A program made the translations under genes and the position numbers. Shown piece after piece: positions 56,271 through 64,000 of a stretch of DNA of 64,000 nt (position 1 is its first letter; every line of letters begins with the position of its first letter). The notes under the pieces were generated by a model. It saw nothing but the letters and a program-made list of their open reading frames with translations. It searched no databases and was not told the origin of the DNA. The DNA is from Eledone cirrhosa (lineage: Eukaryota), in the NCBI GenBank assembly GCA_964016885.1, contig OZ024746.1:42346001-42410000 (forward strand), given 5' to 3'.

Positions 56271-57501
56271 ATGTCATGACTGTATGACAAGTGTGGTGGA
56301 ATTTAACAATTATGACAGCAAAGTTTTAAGCATAGAACTTTAATTCAATGCACCACCTTTTACCAACAGTATAGCATCTAATTCTGTTTTATTTTTTAGT
56401 TTGATTTAATGTTTGTCTGCAGTGGTATCTCAGAGAGTAATGAAGCTAAAATGTCCTAATTGTTTTAATCAATAATAACTAAAATAAGTAATAATAAAAT
56501 AAATTTGCTTATCAAAATTTTGTTTTCTAAAATTGAACAAAGGAAATGTGTTCTCTGCAACATGCAGCAATTGCAACCCATCTAGGAAAGTAGTAATTTA
56601 GAATACACTGATATAGCATAGAGAGTCTCTCTCTAGTTTGGCACAAAAATCCTCTCTAGTGCTGGTAACATAATAAATTGAATCCAGTCCATGCTTCAGT
56701 AATAGATTCAACATCTAGCAGTAAAGTAACTCATAACCCATGCCAGCATAAAAAATTGAATGTCAAATGATGATGATGATGATGACATGTGAAGCATGAG
56801 ATATGGATTATACACAAATAAACTCATTATATGTAAAACTAGATGTAATAGAGATGCAACCATGCAATAGTGGCTACAATAATTAGTAATACAAAATAGT
56901 GACCATAGATGTAGAGAAAAAATTCATTTTTGTTTTAATTTATTAACCATTTCATTACCTGTTTCTAATGAAATATGTGTTTCAATTAATTTTGCAAATA
57001 ACATGGCATCTCGAGCAATTTGATAAAATAACTAAGTTTTTCATTAGTAAGCTGATATTTAGGACATTACTTAAAAACATTTCTAAAATAAAGTTATAAA
57101 ATACTTTTTATAAAAAGATAACCATTTTAGAAGAGCACTTTTGTACCATAAAACCAGGGTGGTTTGGTATCAAAAGGATAAAACCTTCCATTAATATTGA
57201 GTCAAATATTTTTTCCTGTTATGTAACAGAATACTTTGTGTACATTGAATGTGGTTCAAATTATTATGAAAATAAATTCAGCTAATAGTGTCAAATAGTA
57301 AAACAAAAACGTGATATAAAAACATAGCTGGTATAGTAACAAGATGAAATGTAAAAAATTTAAAACCATTTTAACAATGTATTTGACTCAGAAATATTGA
57401 GAAGCAGAGATGATATTATGAGGATCAAAACAGTTTGACAATGTTGAAGAGAGTTACAGTTTCATGTATAAATCTTATAAGTGTACCAAAAGAATTCTTA
57501 C

Positions 57502-57612
57502 CTGTTGCACATTCAACTGGACTGGGAGGGCAAAGTGAGTCATAAGATTTACGACAGGAGTAAGTTCTGTAGCATGGAATCTGACAACAAGAATTTTCAC
57601 CACGCAGAGGAC
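57502..57612 (-). CDS. Coding exon 2 (111 nt, phase 1-1), Cys-rich; real frame absent from ORF track
   Basis: Acceptor tttttattctccAG, donor GTAAGA; translation SPLRGENSCCQIPCYRTYSCRKSYDSLCPPSPVECAT. Confidence 0.85.
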
Positions 57613-57887
57613 CTGGAGAATAAAAAATATCTGGTTTTCATGTGGCAGTAAAAGTCAGAATCAATGTAGCATAAATGAATACATTTGTTTTCAATGCAGC
57701 TGTAACACATTGAAACTTGAAATAAAGCAACATTTACAAAGATTAGATAGAAATTTGAGATGGTGACATAGGAAAAGAATAGGTGTAGTGGTGTAGAAAA
57801 TTTCTTTTTTAACTGAGGCACAGAAAAATGTCTCTAGAAATATTGTAGAAAATAAATCGATGAGTATGGAGGTTTATAGCCAATATT

Positions 57888-57925
<38 letters not shown>

Positions 57926-58689
57926 AGTGAATGTTATAAATATATTTTATGTGAAACATGATTATATAGTTACATACACATACATATATTTGCATCACAC
58001 ACACACATATATATATATTGTTAAACACATACACACAAACGTATGTGTGTGTGCATTGATGCACTCCCATAAACATACTGATTCACAAAGACATACATAT
58101 TTTTACATGGACATATGTATATTTACATATAGGCTTGAATAATGTTTCTTATAAAAACTGGATATACTGAAATATGAAGATAATAATGTCAGTGTTTAGA
58201 TTTTCATCGCTGCTATTAATCCTTTGATGAGACACCATTGCTGGGCTAATGAATGTTGACAGGAAGAAATTTGAAAGCAAAATGTGGACCAGTTGCTATA
58301 TTAAGTGATTAATGCTGGTATCAGTTTTATTCCTCTTCACACTATAAATAATTCTAAATGTGTGCATTTGTGATTCATGCCAATTGTTTATTATTTAGAA
58401 AAAATAATTCAAAGAGCTTTTTGGACTTGGAATTGTATATGAAATATTTATTTGCATTTTTTCAAATCATCCACAAAAGAATAGAATATTCCAAAGACAA
58501 ATATTCAAACACATGAAGGAATTTCCAGTTGTGTCAATGAAATGACAACCTCTCTAGTATTGGTGAGGTACATGTTAAAGGCACCTAGTACACTCTGCAG
58601 GATACTAGACAAATTTTATTCACAGTTGTATAAATAACATTAAAAATTATCCACAATTTTTTAATATTAAAAATATAAACATAAATAAT

Positions 58690-58779
58690 TGTTTCTACTT
58701 TTGGCACAAGGCCAGCAATTATCACAGTGTATTACTGGTACTTTATTTTATCGACCCCATAAGGATGAAAGGCAAAGTT
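58690..58779 (-). mobile_element. 5'-truncated SINE family A with 12-bp TSD
   Basis: TSD aacataaataat at 58678-58689 and 58780-58791. Confidence 0.85.
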
Positions 58780-58889
58780 AACATAAATAATAAATACAAT
58801 TATCTATTCCTAGGAACGCTACAAATATAACACCAAAATATACAATCAGAGTGAGAGAAAAAAAGAAAGGAAACAAAAACAGAAACGAC

Positions 58890-59665
58890 CATCAATTTAC
58901 CACCAAATGCAACAATCAGCCACACATTACAAGGGTGAAATGGATATTTTTGAGGCAAGCCAACACACTCACAGCATTATCATGGGTGATGGCAAGACTA
59001 AGGTGCTGAAACAACCTTGCACCCTCTCGAGGGCCTGGTCAATGTCCGACTCTCTCCAGAGTCCTGTAACAAGGCTGCTTTTCACGAATGGTTTGGAGGT
59101 CTCGGTGTGCATAAATACTCATCTTTGTCTCTACCTTGCTTTCTTTCCTCCATCCACACTTGCTCTCCTTTAGTGGGCAACATCTTCTCCTTTCCAAAGT
59201 GGACTAGTTCACCAAGGAGATAGATGAAGCTTTACTACAGTGGAGAAAGCTGGGTTTGTCAGTTCCCAATACTTTCAAGGATAGATGGAAGTAAAGAGTA
59301 TAGAACAATCTACGTTTGAATGAAACTTTTAACTCTCTCTTTGATCATTCTGATCAATGTTCTAGGTACCGCTTACTTTCTGCATGCGCAAAGTTCTTGG
59401 GGGACTGGATTGATGCCTTGCCTGTGGCCATCATTGCTGGTCTTCTCAATCTGGATGAGCTCCACATCTCCATTGCACTTTGAGTAGGAGCCAATATCTG
59501 TGGGTGTCTGAGATGTCGCTGAGGTAGGTCCCTCAACAACACAGTCCACAAGACGTTTGATAGAGTTGGGCTACTGAGAGTGAAATTCTTGGCATCATTG
59601 GTGGCTCGCCTTATTGAGGTGTCAGGTGATGCCCATGAGGGTGCTTGGTTGTTTCTGCAGGGTGA
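58890..59665. mobile_element. Rearranged CRE/R2-like LINE relic
   Basis: + strand 59570-59660 KFLASLVARLIEVSGDAHEGAWLF resembles the C-terminus of RLE LINEs; upstream part GC-rich and degraded. Confidence 0.45.
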
Positions 59666-60172
59666 TTGGAAATCAAATAGTCATTCAATTGCAATCTGCC
59701 AAACAAAGGTTTAAGAGAACTCTTTAGTTAATCACCCTAGTATTGGTGATTTACCTGATAAACACACTCAGTGTACTTTGTAAACTGGTTGGCAATGTAA
59801 AGGGCATTCAGCTATAGAAAATCTGTCAAACAAAGAGATGAGAGGACTCTTCAGATTTGACAAAATATGACAACCTCCCTAGTGCTAGTATCAAAATAAA
59901 ATGCACTTGGAAGTGAGCAGGATCACATGTAAGTGATTTGTGAATCATTAACCTTTCTGGGCATTTGCTAGGGTACAGGAATATTTGTAAGCATGATGCA
60001 GGCATCCAGCCCACTGTGGAGTCAGTACCGAGACTTTGTGTACCAGCCTGGTCGAACCCTTGCTAACAGAGAAAGCAAATGTTAAATGATGATAATAATG
60101 ATGATCTAGATGATACTAACATTCAGCTACTATCAAGCAATCCATTTTATGAGATAGTAGATCAGAAATTTG

Positions 60173-60219
<47 letters not shown>

Positions 60220-60894
60220 TTAAAGCTGCATTTTTACAGTAATCGTTATGGACACAAGATAATTTGAAACTGTTCAACTTCTGTGATAATATTGATGCTA
60301 AATTGGATATTTCAAAGAATCTTGAATTATGTGTCCAGAAATCCAGGTCTCTGGAGGTTACTAATCAAATTTAGCTAATCAACCTTCAATACAATGTCTT
60401 CTTGTCTGCAGGAAAAATAATCAGAAGGATGTTAAATATCTAAACTTGGCTGATGGCCACACCACACTTGAAATTTCACATAGCCATTGAAATGCAGTAG
60501 AAAGAGAAATAATTCATCATCAAAATGCTAGCCTTGAGGGTGCTGACTCCTTACTACAACTGATCTAATTAGTGTTTAATTTTAACAGGCAGGAGGTATA
60601 TTGGGTTAGAGTAACTGAGTGGGTGTCAACAAATACTAGTAGTCAAATTGGCAGTGAAAGCATATCAACAACTATTACTAAATGTTTATTTAAATTTTCA
60701 GTTGATAAAGAACTTTAAAAATCAAAGGCCTAAAATTAAACATTTTCTAATATAAATGCTAGTCAATATTATATATGTTAATGTTGTGTGTATTTGTGTA
60801 TGTTACATTATACAACAGTCATTGTACCAATTTCATAGTGAGAATCATATAAAATGTTTGAATTCTTGTTGATATATCAACAAGTGGTCATGTA

Positions 60895-61185
60895 GGTGAC
60901 ATGACAAAAAGCACCCAGCCCACACTGTAAAGTGTTTGTGTAGGTCTCATGACAAAAAATCGCCCAGCCCACACTGTAAAATGGTCATGTTGGTGTCAAC
61001 AAAAAGCATCTGGCACAGACTGTAAATATGGTTGTTGTTAGGAAGGGCATCCAGCCATAGAAACCAGGACAAAATCATTTCAATATGAGCAAGACAAAGT
61101 AATCTGATCTGGCTTGTCTCACAATGGGACAACTTGTCTAACCCATGCTAGCATGGAAAAAATGGACGTTAAATGGTGATGTTGA
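60895..61185 (+). mobile_element. MetaSINE-like SINE with an internal tandem repeat of catgacaaaaa..cccagcccacactgtaaa
   Basis: Similarity to 15866-16078. Confidence 0.7.
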
Positions 61186-62584
61186 TACCAACCTAAAAGC
61201 AATTTTTAAGCAACAAGAATAACCAAATATCAATGAATAAATTATATGTAAAAAATAAACTAGGTTCATATTGGTTGTAAATGATTCAATGATTTTCATA
61301 TAAAAAGAGTTTTCATTCTATCCACATTTGAAGAGAATTAACAGTGACAGAACATTAAAAGTGATCTTTCAAAGGAAATCTTGGCTCTTTGATATTTTAA
61401 ACCAATGATATTAAGGTCAAAAGGAATAGATGAGCTCTTAGATAGAATGGGTGCTAAATGTAATAATGGTTATGGGTGTGATCACAGTAGCATTGATTAT
61501 TAGCTTTGAAACTAAATAGCCACAAGATCACTTGTATAGTTAAGATTGGTACTCTAATTACAGGAAATGTACAATGTCATGATTAAGCAACAATAGAAAT
61601 AAGTGAACAATTGCTCTGAAATGGAATGCAAATGGGTTTTGTTTTTTTCAGGCTTTACTATAGTTTTCTAGCAGTATATATATATATATATATATGATGT
61701 AAGTAAACTGATGCTCAACAAAAACAAAATAATTTAATCAATTTCATTAGTAGTAAAAACATATTTAAACTAACAGCAAAATGTTAGTTTATTGATTAAT
61801 TTAAAAAAAGACTTTAGATCATGCAAAATAAAACATGTGAATAAAAAGACAATTATGTAGAGAATTATTGGTAGACTTTCTTTTAGCATGGTAGTTTCCA
61901 TCTCTGTATGTCTTAACTAACTTGTTTCTGTCAACATCTATTTCTGTTTCTGTAAGACTAATTTGAGTTAAAACCAGTTCAGTAGATTTTTAGTATCAAA
62001 ATAACATTGAATTCACAATGTAAATATTATTGAATTTAAGATAATCTTTAAGGGGTTTTGTTGGGTTCAAAGAAATATTTGTTAGTCATTTGTCTTTTTT
62101 GTCTTTTTCTTTGGTTTTAATTAAAATAAACGAAGTTTTATTGACCAAAAGCTAGATTCTTTTATTTAGACATCTGATAGGGTTTTTTTCTTCTTTTTGA
62201 AAATATAGAAATAATGTATGCATTCCAAAAATCAATTAATAAATAAAATAACTAGCAGAATTTTAAAATTGTGGTGAGATAATATATTATAAAGTAAAAA
62301 ATTAAGACAAAACCTTGCAAAATTTGTTCATTTTATGTAATGATGAGGATGAAGATAATGATTATATTTCTAGCATTAGGAATCCTAGTTTGGTTTAAGT
62401 ATATCAGTTAAGTAGTATATAACCAAGTTTATTTATAAGAAGACACTGTCTGAATATTGACCAAATACAGGAGCAAACTCTTTTTTATCACTTATAAATA
62501 ACATCTAATTCACCCCCCAAAATAGTCAGGCTATGTCCAGAAATACTGTACCAGCATTATTGTATCAGCACCTGCAATTCTTAC

Positions 62585-63110
62585 ACTTAATTTAGCCTTC
62601 TGCCTTCTATCACTCACAAACATGGCCTCGAGATACTTGAACTTCTCCACCTGCTTCAGTGGAACTCCATTCACATGTAGCGTGACTGTGCAGGATTCCT
62701 TGAAAGGATGAGTGCCTCAGTTTTGGCAGCAGTGATTTTCATTTCAGCCATGCAGAACTTGGCATCAAACCTATCATGTGCAAGTTTATAATCATCTTCT
62801 GTCGAATTAAGTAACACCATGTTGTCTGAAGATTCCAGCTGACTGACTTTACACCTGCCAGCCGTGATACCACTTGCAACCTGGCTGTGCATGTCAATCC
62901 TCTTCATGAAACTAATGAACAGGAGAGACGACAGTATGCACCATTGGAAGAGTCTGACTCCCACATTGAATAGTTTCGATTTAGCACCATTTATCTGAAC
63001 ACAAATACTCAGGCATACATATAGAGACATCAGGGCAATAAGAAACTGACCATCGATCCCATACTTCTGCAGAACCTTCCACAGCATGTCTCGAGAATGC
63101 AGCCATATGC
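62585..63110 (-). mobile_element. RTE-clade LINE fragment, same family as 47712
   Basis: MLWKVLQKYGIDGQFLIALMSLY...LSSLLF aligns with LLWYVLQKYRIDGQLFVVLKSLY. Confidence 0.85.
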
Positions 63111-63546
63111 CTTTTCTTGTTTCTTGTTATTATAATGTTTAAATTCATAAATTGATATAGTGATTCTTGAAAAAGGAGTAGCAATGTAATAGTCTATGTT
63201 TTAGATATTTCATTTTCATTCCGAAATTAGTTTATTTTGAATAAAGCAGAAATAAATTGGGGGAGTTACAATTATTGAAATCTACTGTGTGACATAATGG
63301 TTTGTAATTTGCAATAGACATTAAAAAACTAAACTCTAATCTAACATTAAAATATATGATCCCATTTCTATGATACTTTAACCTAAAAGATAATAAATCA
63401 CCTTAACAATTTTGTTATATTGGACAATGCTTAGAACAAGAAACTACTAGAATATCAAGATAAATGGATATAATGTCACTGAAATTATACATCTATTTCA
63501 GTTTTAAAGCACTAAAAATGAAAACGAAAAGCAGAAGATTACTTAC

Positions 63547-63733
63547 TGGAATTTCTGCAGCCTCGTTGAATGCAGGAGAGGCAACTCTTTGTGAAATTTT
63601 CACATTCTCTTGATCGGAACATCAATTCAGTAACATTCGCTGTCTTCATTCCAAATACAGCTGTTAAAAGTGGGGATTCATCTAAGCAAACAATGCTATT
63701 GGCTGCTGGGGAGAGTTTCTGCAAACGTTTACC
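63547..63733 (-). CDS. First visible coding exon (187 nt, phase 0 to 1) of uncharacterised 5-TM membrane protein; gene continues beyond window end
   Basis: Acceptor ttattttcttAG, donor GTAAGT; open frame GKRLQKLSPAANSIVCLDE...ECENFTKSCLSCIQRGCRNS; phase matches next exon. Confidence 0.8.
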
Positions 63734-64000
63734 CTAAGAAAATAACAATATATTAAAGTAATGCAGTAAGGGAAAATTGATTCAGTAAAAGTATTTGAAA
63801 AGTTTCTATAATAAATGCTCTAGAATAGCCAGTATTTAGGAACCACTTGTAGAGAATAAAGTCAGCAGTAGAGATCAATTTATCAAAATATCATTAAGAA
63901 TGAAATCTTGGATCATAAAATTATGTAGGAAGTCTTTATGCAATGAAAGTATACAACTGAAAAGAAGTCTGTCTCAATTTCAAGGAGATCATCTTAAGCC

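Noticed and set aside
55750-56290. Two ORFs of about 170 aa rich in S/P/H/L
   Set aside because: They derive from a purine-rich tandem repeat inside an intron

Overview
Very AT-rich eukaryotic DNA. The SINE/LINE repertoire and long (TA)n/(CA)n tracts look like an octopod cephalopod (inferred from repeat families I recognise; species not determinable). One protein-coding gene is well supported. It has eight minus-strand coding exons (63733 to stop at 39607, 3606 nt, 1201 aa visible, 5' end outside the window), all GT-AG and phase-consistent. It encodes an uncharacterised protein with a Cys-rich ectodomain and five predicted TM helices. The rest is fossil mariner/Tc1, hAT- and piggyBac-like MITEs, tRNA-derived SINEs, LINE relics, microsatellites and a 41-bp tandem array. 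The most striking unexplained signal is that the non-transposon DNA from about 3.6 to 33 kb is almost tiled by back-to-back, apparently unrelated, long degenerate inverted repeats (arms about 0.15-1.3 kb). Several of them contain candidate short + strand exons of an upstream gene. The inverted repeats were aligned by eye in AT-rich DNA and need computational confirmation.
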